NCBI GenBank assembly: GCA_032123335.1
Contig: JAQBFN010000020.1
Span: forward strand, 7,540 to 71,539
Length of the DNA: 64,000 nucleotides
Source of the DNA: Candidatus Micrarchaeota archaeon
GTDB taxonomy: Archaea; Micrarchaeota; Micrarchaeia; Anstonellales; Bilamarchaeaceae
Direction of reading: 5' to 3'
Shown here piece after piece: positions 1-8,378 of the stretch. The notes under the pieces were generated by a model, which saw nothing but the letters and a program-made list of their open reading frames with translations, searched no databases and was not told the origin of the DNA. A program made the translations under genes and the position numbers. Within the stretch, counting starts at the first letter, position 1, and the number at the start of each line of letters is the position of its first letter.

Positions 1-551
1 AAAAGCCGCTAAAGGACCTCAGGAAGCTCACAGTGAAAATCAAGAAGACCCTTGTGAAGGGAGTATCCGGAATCAAGAGGTCTGTGGTGATCAAGGACAA
101 GGGAGAATACTTTATTCGCGCATCCGGATTCAACATAAAGGACATTATGAAGCTCAAGAAAGTTGACCCTTCCAGGATTTACACAAATTCAGTAATGGAG
201 ATTGAAAAGACCTTCGGTATTGAGGCAGCAAGGAACGCAACCATAAGGGAAATGCAGAGCGTTATGGACCTCCAGGGCATCTCCGTTGACATCAGGCACA
301 TCATGCTCCTTGCAGATGCAATGACTTCGGATGGGAAGGTGAAATCCATCGGAAGGCACGGGCTTTCCGGAGAAAAAGCAGGAGTGATGGGCCGTGCAGC
401 GTTCGAGGAAACAATCAAGCACCTTGTAAATGCTTCAATTGTAGGGGAAGATGACGACCTTGTAGGAGTAACCGAGAACATAATCGTGGGCCAGACCATT
501 CCGATTGGAACAGGGAGAATCAAGCTCGGGATGAAGGCAACAAAGAAATAA
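1..551 (+). CDS. rpoA2: DNA-directed RNA polymerase subunit A'' (C-terminal part; 5' end lies outside the window)
   Basis: Frame is open to position 1. The C-terminal sequence (…GISVDIRHIMLLADAMT…GRHGLSG…) matches the archaeal RpoA''/Rpb1 C-terminal region. It sits immediately upstream of L30e-NusA-S12-S7-EF-2, the canonical archaeal order. Confidence 0.8.
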   Translation, partial: KPLKDLRKLTVKIKKTLVKGVSGIKRSVVIKDKGEYFIRASGFNIKDIMKLKKVDPSRIYTNSVMEIEKTFGIEAARNATIREMQSVMDLQGISVDIRHIMLLADAMTSDGKVKSIGRHGLSGEKAGVMGRAAFEETIKHLVNASIVGEDDDLVGVTENIIVGQTIPIGTGRIKLGMKATKK

Positions 552-581
552 TGTTAATTGATTAGATTAGAGGTAATACAA

Positions 582-692
582 ATGGAAGAAGAAAAGGTTG
601 AGATTGAGTGGTCTCCGACCACAGCCCTCGTTGGCAAAAAGCCAACTCGGTTGAGCGGACTCCGTCCACAACTCTCAACCTTTCCTGAGTAA
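582..692 (+). CDS. 36-codon upstream ORF that duplicates the L30e start (MEEEKVE…); possible leader peptide or duplication remnant
   Basis: The 35-bp segment agaggtaaNNNNNatggaagaagaaaaggttgaga occurs at 569-603 and again at 708-742 (the L30e start), differing only in the 5-nt spacer. The first copy opens a 36-aa ORF ending in TAA at 690-692. Confidence 0.25.
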   Translation: MEEEKVEIEWSPTTALVGKKPTRLSGLRPQLSTFPE

Positions 693-720
693 TGCTAACA
701 AGAATAAAGAGGTAACATAC

Positions 721-1146
721 ATGGAAGAAGAAAAGGTTGAGAAAGCCCCAACGGCTGGAGGAACCCCGGAGACCAAAAGGAGAGTTCAGATAAAATCCAA
801 GAACAAGGTAATCCGGAAGAGGAAATCCAAGAAGGAAAAGGAGAACCCGCTTTCAAGTGCAATCCGCCTTGCGGTGGAGAGCGGAAAGGTGGGCTTTGGC
901 TCAAAGAAGGGAGTAAGAGAACTCCTGCTTGGAAGCGTTAAGCTGGTTGTGGTTGCAGGAAATGTGCCCCCCGCGCTCGCGGAAGATGTGAATAGATACG
1001 GGCAGATTTCCGAAATTCCCCTTGTGGACTTCCCGGGAACGAGCCTTGAATTGGGCTCAATCTGCGGAAAGCCGTTCCCGGTTTCCGTGCTCGCGGTTTA
1101 CGATGAAGGTGTTTCCAACATAATGGAATTTGGCAAGAAGAAGTGA
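721..1146 (+). CDS. rpl30e: 50S ribosomal protein L30e with a ~40-aa Lys-rich N-terminal extension
   Basis: Core sequence AIRLAVESGKVGFGSKKG…VVAGNVP…EIPLVDF…ELGSICGKPF is the L30e fold signature. Position between rpoA'' and nusA is canonical. Confidence 0.85.
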   Translation: MEEEKVEKAPTAGGTPETKRRVQIKSKNKVIRKRKSKKEKENPLSSAIRLAVESGKVGFGSKKGVRELLLGSVKLVVVAGNVPPALAEDVNRYGQISEIPLVDFPGTSLELGSICGKPFPVSVLAVYDEGVSNIMEFGKKK

Positions 1147-1580
1147 GATGCGTGGAAATAACCGGGGAAGACCTTAAGCTGATAAACCTATTCGAATCCG
1201 TTACAGGAGTTATCCCTTCAGACATGGAAATCGTGGGGGAGGGGATAGTTTTCCTTGTGGATGATGCCAACCTTGGCAAGGCAATAGGGAAAAAGGGCGC
1301 AAATATCCAGAAGCTGAGGGCGAAGCTTAACAAGAACGTGCTTGTTTCAAAGGATGACAATGAGCCGGAGGCGTTCCTCCGCGGCTTCTTCAACAACATA
1401 GAAATTCTCTCTTTCGAGATAAGGGAGGCGCCCGGGCAGAAGGTTGCATTCATCACAGTGCCCGACTCCCAGCGAGGAATCGCGATAGGGAGGGGTGGAA
1501 TAAGAGTGAAGGCAGCAAAGGCTTTCCTTAAAAAGAAGTTCGGAACTGACCTGATGCTCAAGACGCGGAGAGTGGGATAA
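1143..1580 (+). CDS. nusA: Transcription termination/antitermination factor NusA (archaeal, two KH domains)
   Basis: KH-domain GxxG motifs (IGKKGANI, IGRGGIRV). Canonical position after L30e, with a 4-bp overlap with L30e. Confidence 0.8.
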   Translation: MRCVEITGEDLKLINLFESVTGVIPSDMEIVGEGIVFLVDDANLGKAIGKKGANIQKLRAKLNKNVLVSKDDNEPEAFLRGFFNNIEILSFEIREAPGQKVAFITVPDSQRGIAIGRGGIRVKAAKAFLKKKFGTDLMLKTRRVG

Positions 1581-1640
1581 TGTTTATAAACAAATCGATG
1601 CTAAGATGTAGACTACCGTCATATTTTCTTTGGTGATCAT

Positions 1641-2069
1641 ATGGGAAATGGTGAATTTGCAGGAAGAAACATAGAAAGGAAGAGGAAAAGGGAGCGCTGG
1701 CTTCGGAAGAAGTGGAAGAGGACTGCCCTTAAGCTTAAGAATAAGTTCGACCCTCTCGAGGGGGCGCCGCAGGCAAGCGGAATCGTCCTGGAGAAGGTGG
1801 TGCTTGAGCAGAAGCAGCCGCACTCAGGTCTTATCAAGTGCGTGAAGGTGCAGCTAATCAAGAACGGAAAGGTTGTAACCGCATTCCCCCCGAGAGATAA
1901 GGCAATCACATTCATTGATGAGCACGATACAGTGGTCATCGCAGGGCTGGGGGGTTCCCAGCGCGGCCAGATGGGCTCCATTCCCGGAGTTAGGTATAAG
2001 GTGGTCAGCATAAACGGAATTGACCTCCAGGCAATGAGGCACGGGAAGAAGGAGAAGGCCAAGAGGTAG
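1641..2069 (+). CDS. rps12: 30S ribosomal protein S12
   Basis: KKPHSGL…[12 protein letters not shown]…TAFPP…VVIAGLGG…[11 protein letters not shown] is a clear uS12 signature. Confidence 0.9.
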   Translation: MGNGEFAGRNIERKRKRERWLRKKWKRTALKLKNKFDPLEGAPQASGIVLEKVVLEQKQPHSGLIKCVKVQLIKNGKVVTAFPPRDKAITFIDEHDTVVIAGLGGSQRGQMGSIPGVRYKVVSINGIDLQAMRHGKKEKAKR

Positions 2070-2075
2070 ATTTGA

Positions 2076-2681
2076 ATGAAGCTCTTTGGAAAATACGAAC
2101 TAAGTGAGGTTGAAGTCAGGGACGTCAGCCTCAGGAGTGCACTCTCATTTGAGGGCGTTAATTACAGGGCACATACATTTGGAAGGCATGCAAAGAAGCA
2201 GCACGCAAAGACAAAGGTAAACGTGGTCGAGAGGCTCACAAATAAACTCATGAGAGGAGGAACAGGTGAGAAGACTTCCGGAAAGGTTATCCGCACAAAA
2301 GGGAGGCTGCAGGGAAAGAAGCAGCAGGTTCTCGGGGTTGTGGAAAAAGCTTTCGATATTGTTGCAGAGAAGACCAGCAAGAACCCTGTGCAGGTTCTCG
2401 TGGATGCGCTTGAGAACTCAGCGCCACGTGAAGAAGTCACAAGGGTATCCCACGGTGGAGTGAGCTACCAGATTGCGGTTGATGTCTCTTCTTCAAGAAG
2501 GTTGGATCTCGCACTCAGGAACATTACTCTTGCAGCGCTCATGCGTTCATTCAAGAAACCGGTTTCGCTTTCTGAATCACTTGCGAACGAGATCATTTAC
2601 TCAGCGAACAATGATGTGCAGAGCAGCTTTGCCATCAAGAAGCGTGATGAGGCAGAGAGGATGGCGAGGAGCGCAAGATAG
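2076..2681 (+). CDS. rps7: 30S ribosomal protein S7
   Basis: uS7 family sequence. Position between S12 and EF-2 is canonical. Confidence 0.9.
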   Translation: MKLFGKYELSEVEVRDVSLRSALSFEGVNYRAHTFGRHAKKQHAKTKVNVVERLTNKLMRGGTGEKTSGKVIRTKGRLQGKKQQVLGVVEKAFDIVAEKTSKNPVQVLVDALENSAPREEVTRVSHGGVSYQIAVDVSSSRRLDLALRNITLAALMRSFKKPVSLSESLANEIIYSANNDVQSSFAIKKRDEAERMARSAR

Positions 2682-2707
2682 AGCTCCTTTATTTTTATTA
2701 TTTTTCT

Positions 2708-4912
2708 TTGGTGAAACTTATGGTCAGGAAAGAAGTTGTAGTGGAAGAAGTACAGAAGATTATGGAAAACACGGCTAACGTGAGGAACATCGCAATTATC
2801 GCGCACGTTGACCATGGGAAGACTACCCTTACGGACTCTCTTGTTGCCAGGGCAGGCCTCATCTCAAAGGAGCTCGCAGGCGAGCAGAGAATGATGGACT
2901 TTGATGAGCAGGAGCAGGCACGTGGAATTACAATCAAGTCCGCGAACATCTCGCTCGGGTTCAAATATGAGGGCCAGGACCACCTCATTAACCTGATTGA
3001 TACCCCCGGTCACGTAGACTTCGGAGGGCACGTTACCCGTGCACTTCGTGCAGTAGACGGAGTATGCCTCGTTGTGGATGCAGTTGAGGGAGTTATGCCC
3101 CAGACCGAAACCGTGCTGAGGCAGGCGCTCAAAGAGCGCGCAAAACCCATAGTTTTCATCAATAAGGTGGACAGGCTCATCAATGAGATGAAGCTTGACC
3201 AGGCAGCAATGCAGGAGAAGCTTGTAAAGGTTATTACAGGAATCAACAAAATTCTCCTTGCAAACTGCCCCGCAGAATTCAAGAAGGAATGGGAAATCAA
3301 GATTGAGAATGCGAACATCTCATTCGGTTCCGCATTCCACAAGTGGGCAGTGAGCGCAGCTTCAATGCAGCGCTTCAACATCACATTCAAGGACATTTAC
3401 GAAAAGTGCAGGGACGGGGACCACCAGTTCCTGGTGGAGAAATCCCCCCTGGACGATGTGCTCCTGGAGATGGTAATCAAGAATCTCCCCAGCCCGCTGG
3501 TGTCCCAGAAATACAGGATGCCTGCAATCTGGAAAGGGGACCCGGAATCAGAGATGGGAAAGCAGATGATTCTCTGCGACAAGAGCGGCACGGCAATGGG
3601 TGTATGCTTTGGAGTAGTTTATGATGAGCATGCAGGGGAAGTCGGAGTCGTGAGGCTCTTCGCAGGAAGGCTTGCAAAGGGGGACCCGGTTTACGTATTC
3701 TCCAAGAAGAAGTTCTTCAAAGTGCAGCAGGTGGGAATTTACATGGGCCCGGACCGTGTGCCCGCAGAATTCCTCTGCGCAGGAAACATTGGCTCAATCG
3801 TAGGGCTCAAGGACATCTACATCGGCGAAACTTTATCCGGATCTGATGATGTGGAGCCATTTGAGGATATTAAGCACGTTTCCGAGCCCGTTGTTACAAA
3901 ATCCATTGAGGCAAAGGAGTCCAAGGATCTTGCGAAGCTCATTGAGGCCCTCAGGGGGCTTTCAAAGGAAGACCCAACCCTCAGGGTTACAATCAACCAG
4001 GAAACAGGGGAACACCTCATCTCAGGAATGGGTGAGCTCCATCTGGAAATCATTGAGTACAAGATTTCCAAGGAGAAGGGAATCAACATCATTACTTCGC
4101 CCCCGATTGTAGTTTACAGGGAAACAATTACCAATAAATCCGGTGTCGTGGAGGGCAAATCCCCGAACAAGCACAACAAGTTCAAGATGTACGTGGAGCC
4201 CCTTGACCCGAAAATCATGGAAGCAATTGACCTCGGAACGATTCCGCAGGGCAAGCCCAAGGGCAAGGAGCACATCCAGGCACTTGTTGACCTTGATATG
4301 CCTCGTGATGAAGCCAAAGGAATCTGGGACATCAAGGGCAGCAACATGTTCGTTGATGTTACCAAGGGTGTCCAATATCTGAACGAAGTGCAGGAACTCG
4401 TGATTGAGGCATTTGAGGAGGCCATGACCAAGGGCCCGCTTGCACAAGAAACTGTAACTGGAGTGAAGGTAACGCTTGTGGATGTGGCCCTGCACGAAGA
4501 TAATGTGCACAGGGGGCCTGCACAGGTAATCCCTGCAGTGAAGAGGCCGATTTACGCATGCATGATTAATGCTGGAGTTTCTTTGATGGAGCCGAAGCAG
4601 AAGGTCCTGATTACCACCCCACAGGAATACGGAGGGGATGTAATCAACATGACCAACGGAAGGCGTGGGGTTCTGCTTAACATGGAACAGGAGGGTGAGA
4701 CCTCAGTAGTGCATAGTATTCTGCCTGTTGCTGAGCTCTTCGGGTTCTCCAACGCAATCCGAGGCTCCACACAAGGCCGCGCAACCTGGTACCAGGAATA
4801 CTATGGGTATGAAAATGTGCCCAAGGACCTGGTTCCTAAGATTGTGAGGCACATCCGTGAGAGGAAAGGCCTCCAGCCCGAGCCGCCTACAGTCCAGACC
4901 TTCCTGGAATAG
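2708..4912 (+). CDS. fusA: Translation elongation factor 2 (aEF-2)
   Basis: G-domain AHVDHGKTTL and DTPGHVDF. Diphthamide-loop region VALHEDNVHRGPAQVIP. 734 aa. Confidence 0.95.
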   Translation: MVKLMVRKEVVVEEVQKIMENTANVRNIAIIAHVDHGKTTLTDSLVARAGLISKELAGEQRMMDFDEQEQARGITIKSANISLGFKYEGQDHLINLIDTPGHVDFGGHVTRALRAVDGVCLVVDAVEGVMPQTETVLRQALKERAKPIVFINKVDRLINEMKLDQAAMQEKLVKVITGINKILLANCPAEFKKEWEIKIENANISFGSAFHKWAVSAASMQRFNITFKDIYEKCRDGDHQFLVEKSPLDDVLLEMVIKNLPSPLVSQKYRMPAIWKGDPESEMGKQMILCDKSGTAMGVCFGVVYDEHAGEVGVVRLFAGRLAKGDPVYVFSKKKFFKVQQVGIYMGPDRVPAEFLCAGNIGSIVGLKDIYIGETLSGSDDVEPFEDIKHVSEPVVTKSIEAKESKDLAKLIEALRGLSKEDPTLRVTINQETGEHLISGMGELHLEIIEYKISKEKGINIITSPPIVVYRETITNKSGVVEGKSPNKHNKFKMYVEPLDPKIMEAIDLGTIPQGKPKGKEHIQALVDLDMPRDEAKGIWDIKGSNMFVDVTKGVQYLNEVQELVIEAFEEAMTKGPLAQETVTGVKVTLVDVALHEDNVHRGPAQVIPAVKRPIYACMINAGVSLMEPKQKVLITTPQEYGGDVINMTNGRRGVLLNMEQEGETSVVHSILPVAELFGFSNAIRGSTQGRATWYQEYYGYENVPKDLVPKIVRHIRERKGLQPEPPTVQTFLE

Positions 4913-4980
4913 TTCTTTTCTTTTTTCCTTTTTCTTATCTTATTTCTGTTTTTACTAGGGTGTATGTAACCATGGTTACA
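4913..4980. terminator. T-rich tract followed by a perfect 18-bp palindrome (atgtaaccatggttacat, 4963-4980) between convergent fusA and the methyltransferase gene
   Basis: An oligo-T run (4913-4956) is the typical archaeal termination signal. The palindrome was read directly from the sequence. Confidence 0.35.
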
Positions 4981-4987
4981 TAGCACT

Positions 4988-5770
4988 TCAAACAGCCCTA
5001 GCAAGTATACCTTGCAGGCGGGCTTTCTTCTTCAGAACTTTCCACCCACACTCCTCCAGCCTATTAGCAACTTCCCCCATAATATCCCGCTTCTTTTTCC
5101 CCATGCTCCCCACATAATGGAAAAGCAAAGCATCCTTTTTGCAAATCCTCCTAAGCTCCCTATAGAGTTCCCGCGAATACAATTCCCCAGCTTTACTAAA
5201 CCTGGGAGGATCATGAATTACTTTTGTAAATTTCTCATCCTCCGCCCCCCTAATATAATCAAAACAGCTCTTCTCCCCAACAACCTCAATCCTTTTTCTC
5301 TCGAAAAGCTCCCTGCTCCACGGATTCCACTTCGCCATTGCAATCACCGCAGGCGAAAGCTCAACCGTAACAACCTTATCCGCTTTTTTGCTTGCAGCAA
5401 TTGCAGTGTACCCCAACCCCATGCAGGTATCCAGCACAACATCGCTCTGCACAAGCCTCAGTTCTCTCACAACCAATTTAGAATAATCAAATATATCTTC
5501 AAACTCTTTCACCAGATGCATCCTGAGCCCATCAATTTCCAGTATCGGCTTTCCTTTCATCATCCGCAGCCTATACAATCCATTATCAAAAACAGCAACC
5601 TTCCAAAGCTCCTTCCCATTCCATGCATAAACAAAATCCCCCTTTACTTCCTCCAGCGGAGCCCCCTCAAGCTCATCAGTAACCTCAATCGTGCTCCTCC
5701 CCAAATCCAGGGAAAGCTTCCGCTTCCCATCCAGATATTTCTCAACAAGCTCCTTCGTTAAATAAATCAT
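4988..5770 (-). CDS. Class I SAM-dependent methyltransferase (predicted archaeal N-methyltransferase, COG2521-like)
   Basis: Motif I VLDTCMGLGYTAIAA and a downstream HDPPRF (DPP[YFR]-type N-methyltransferase motif IV). Confidence 0.6.
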   Translation of the reverse strand: MIYLTKELVEKYLDGKRKLSLDLGRSTIEVTDELEGAPLEEVKGDFVYAWNGKELWKVAVFDNGLYRLRMMKGKPILEIDGLRMHLVKEFEDIFDYSKLVVRELRLVQSDVVLDTCMGLGYTAIAASKKADKVVTVELSPAVIAMAKWNPWSRELFERKRIEVVGEKSCFDYIRGAEDEKFTKVIHDPPRFSKAGELYSRELYRELRRICKKDALLFHYVGSMGKKKRDIMGEVANRLEECGWKVLKKKARLQGILARAV

Positions 5771-5822
5771 TTAATCTCAATCCTCCCGAACCGCGGAGGG
5801 GGACACCCCCTCCCCAGATTTT

Positions 5823-7106
5823 TCATTTTATATCAATCCAGTCTGTTTCCATGTAGCCCTGGAGCGCCTTTGGCACCCTAATTCCCTTATCTTCCTGGTG
5901 ATTTTCCACCAGAGAAATAAAGCACCTCCCCACAGCCACACCGCTTCCATTCAAGGTATGCACAAACTCATTCTTTCCCTCCCTCCTGAACTTGATATTT
6001 GCCCTTCTCGCCTGGAACCCCTCGCAATTCGAGCAGGAGCTAATCTCCCTGTACTTGTCCTGGCTCGGAATCCACACCTCCAAATCATATGTTTTAGTGG
6101 CCCCAAAGCCCAAATCCCCGGTGCACAGCTCAATAACCCTATAAGGCAACTCAAGCCCCTGCAGAACCTTTTCCGCATCTACAGTAAGCGATTCAAGCTC
6201 CTTGTAGCTCTCCTCCGGTTTTGCAAACTTAACCAGTTCCACTTTCCCAAACTGGTGCTGCCTCATCAGCCCTTTAATATCCCTTCCATATTCTCCCGCT
6301 TCCCTCCTGAAACACTGCGTAAATGCACAATACTTAAGCGGAAGCTTCTCCTCCCCCAAAACCTCATCCCTGTGCACGTTCACAAGCGGAACCTCCGCAG
6401 TCGGAATCATCCACAGCTGGTTCTGGATTTCCGCTTCCTCGGTCTGGTACAAATCCGTCCTGAATTTCGGGAGCTGCCCCGTTCCCACAAGGCACTCCTC
6501 CTTAACCATGTACGGAAGCCCAAACTCCGTATACCCGGCGCTCTCCGCCATCTTAAGCATATACTGCGCAAGCGTCCTCTCCAGCTTTGCAGCCCATCCC
6601 TTCATTATCGTAAACCTGTGCCCCCCAAGCTTGGCCCCCCTCTCAAAATCAATCGCCCCCGTACGCGCCCCAAGCTCATAGTGCGGTTCCACATCCCCAC
6701 TCTTCTTTGAAGGCTTTCCCCACTTCCTCAGTTCCACATTCCCACTCTCATCCTTCCCCTCCGGAACACTATCATGCGGGATATTCGGAATAGTAAGCAT
6801 CAACGCATTTCTTTTCTCCTCAAATTTTTTCTCCGCCTCCCCGATTTTCTCAAGCTTTTTCGCAATCTTCTCCCCCTTCTCCAGCAGTTCTGAAGCATCA
6901 TCCCCCTTCTTTTTCGCTTCCGCTATCTGTGGCCCCAGTTTGTTCCGCTCAGCCCGAAGCTCGTCCGCCTCCCCCTTCTCATTTCTCCACTCCTCATCCA
7001 GCTTTACCATCTTCTCCAAAATCCCCCCATCTTCCCCCCTGAGTGCAAGAGCCTTCTCCACTTTTTCCGGCTCCTTCCTGAGCAATTCTGTGTCAATCAT
7101 GAACAT
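5823..7106 (-). CDS. serS: Seryl-tRNA synthetase
   Basis: N-terminal coiled-coil arm plus a class II catalytic core (…FRREAGEYGRDIKGLMRQHQF…GSGVAVGR…). Confidence 0.9.
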   Translation of the reverse strand: MFMIDTELLRKEPEKVEKALALRGEDGGILEKMVKLDEEWRNEKGEADELRAERNKLGPQIAEAKKKGDDASELLEKGEKIAKKLEKIGEAEKKFEEKRNALMLTIPNIPHDSVPEGKDESGNVELRKWGKPSKKSGDVEPHYELGARTGAIDFERGAKLGGHRFTIMKGWAAKLERTLAQYMLKMAESAGYTEFGLPYMVKEECLVGTGQLPKFRTDLYQTEEAEIQNQLWMIPTAEVPLVNVHRDEVLGEEKLPLKYCAFTQCFRREAGEYGRDIKGLMRQHQFGKVELVKFAKPEESYKELESLTVDAEKVLQGLELPYRVIELCTGDLGFGATKTYDLEVWIPSQDKYREISSCSNCEGFQARRANIKFRREGKNEFVHTLNGSGVAVGRCFISLVENHQEDKGIRVPKALQGYMETDWIDIK

Positions 7107-7223
7107 TACCTCTCAATATCTCTATTCAGAAATCTTTAAATCCCCAGTGGCGTATTGGAGCACTTCCATAACCCCACTGCAGCACGTACTCCAAAACGCC
7201 AACATCACGCTTTTAATATATTT

Positions 7224-7232
7224 CCATAAATA
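7224..7232 (+). promoter_or_regulatory. Putative TATA box (cataaatag) about 26 bp upstream of tRNA-Glu
   Basis: A/T-rich octamer at the archaeal TATA distance from the mature tRNA 5' end. Confidence 0.3.
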
Positions 7233-7250
7233 GAATTTCCTGCTTAATCA

Positions 7251-7325
7251 GCTCCTGTAGTCTAGCCCGGTCAAGGACTCCGGACTCTCACTCCGGTAGC
7301 CCGGGTTCGAATCCCGGCGGGAGCA
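7251..7325 (+). tRNA. tRNA-Glu (anticodon CUC)
   Basis: Manual cloverleaf fold. Acceptor GCTCCTG/CGGGAGC, anticodon stem CCGGA/TCCGG with loop CTCTCAC, T-arm CCGGG-TTCGAAT-CCCGG, discriminator A. CCA is not encoded. Confidence 0.85.
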
Positions 7326-7360
7326 CTTCAATTTTTATAATCATTATTCGTTTCTAAGCT

Positions 7361-8056
7361 ATGCCTTCTGCAAAAGAAATCCTTTCCAAACTCAAAAAAC
7401 TCGAAAACAAAAAGAACAAAGAAGGAATGGCCCGCTACGGAATAAACACAGAAAATGCATATGGAATTTCCCTCCCAATTCTCAGGAAAATAGCCAAAGA
7501 CCTCAAGACAGACCACAAACTCTCAATTGAACTCTGGAAAACCAAGAACCATGAAGCAAGGATGCTCGCCTGCTTTATAGGCGACCCAAAGCAAGTTACT
7601 GAATCCCAGATGGAATCATGGGTTAAGGATTTCAACTCATGGGATATCTGCGACCAGTGCTGCAGCAACCTTTTCGACCGTACTCCATATGCCTACAAAA
7701 AAGCAGCAGAATGGGCAAAAAGAAAAGAGGAATTTGTAAAGCGTGCAGGGTTTGTTTTAATGGCCGCCCTCTCAGTTCACGACAAGAAAGCTCTGGATTC
7801 CAAATTCACCAAATTCTTTCCCCTGATAAAAAAACATTCCACCGACGAAAGAAACTACGTAAAAAAAGCAGTGAACTGGACCCTCCGCCAAATCGGAAAG
7901 CGCAATCTCCCCCTAAACAAAAAAGCAATCCAACTGGTAAAAGAAATAAAGAAAATCGATTCAAAATCCGCAAGATGGATCGCTTCCGATGCGCTAAGGG
8001 AGCTCGAAAGCCCCAAAGTACAGCAAAGGCTAAAAAAGGCAAAACCCAAAAAGTGA
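7361..8056 (+). CDS. DNA alkylation repair enzyme (AlkD-like HEAT-repeat DNA glycosylase family)
   Basis: MARYGINTENAYGISLPILRKIAKDL…WDICDQCCSNLF pattern that I recall for the DNA_alkylation family. Assigned from memory of the family, not from a search. Confidence 0.55.
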   Translation: MPSAKEILSKLKKLENKKNKEGMARYGINTENAYGISLPILRKIAKDLKTDHKLSIELWKTKNHEARMLACFIGDPKQVTESQMESWVKDFNSWDICDQCCSNLFDRTPYAYKKAAEWAKRKEEFVKRAGFVLMAALSVHDKKALDSKFTKFFPLIKKHSTDERNYVKKAVNWTLRQIGKRNLPLNKKAIQLVKEIKKIDSKSARWIASDALRELESPKVQQRLKKAKPKK

Positions 8057-8060
8057 AACC

Positions 8061-8378
8061 ATGCTCAAATATGCATTCTTCGCCCTATTGCTCTTTTCCC
8101 TCTCTTTCAGCGTAGTAGGCGCTCAGTGCCACGACTTCGAGCAGTACTGCAAAAAGGAATCCTGCACCAGGGCCGGCGGGCAAATAAATGAATACAACAC
8201 CTGCTCAAAACCAGAAGGATTCAATGAAGAAATATACAAGGAAGAACTGGACAACTGCGCGTTCAATTACGATTACTGCGTAGAAAACGATGGAGTAGTA
8301 CGGAACATGTCCTGCTGTGGCCCAGTATTCATTTTCCTGTTTGCGCTACTGGTCCTCTATGCGGATGGTACTCGATAA
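8061..8378 (+). CDS. Small secreted Cys-rich protein with a PGF-like C-terminal anchor (…SCCGPVF-TM)
   Basis: N-terminal signal peptide, 10 Cys, and a C-terminal CCGPVFIFLFALLVLY hydrophobic tail. Its 3' end overlaps the convergent MFS gene by 50 bp. Confidence 0.4.
   Translation: MLKYAFFALLLFSLSFSVVGAQCHDFEQYCKKESCTRAGGQINEYNTCSKPEGFNEEIYKEELDNCAFNYDYCVENDGVVRNMSCCGPVFIFLFALLVLYADGTR

Noticed and set aside
179-1561. Antisense and shadow ORFs inside rpoA2/L30e/nusA
   Set aside because: They lie opposite confidently assigned, conserved genes and show low-complexity, stop-avoiding composition typical of shadow frames.
4480-4520. EF-2 diphthamide loop reads HEDNVHRG rather than the more usual HEDA[IV]HRG
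   Set aside because: The modified His and flanking Gly/Pro are intact. A single Ala to Asn change is not enough to infer loss of diphthamide. Dph genes would need checking genome-wide.
5012-6710. Plus-strand ORFs 5012-5761 and 5898-6710
   Set aside because: They run antisense through the methyltransferase and SerRS genes. The Pro/Leu/Asn-rich translations are mirror images of the real frames.
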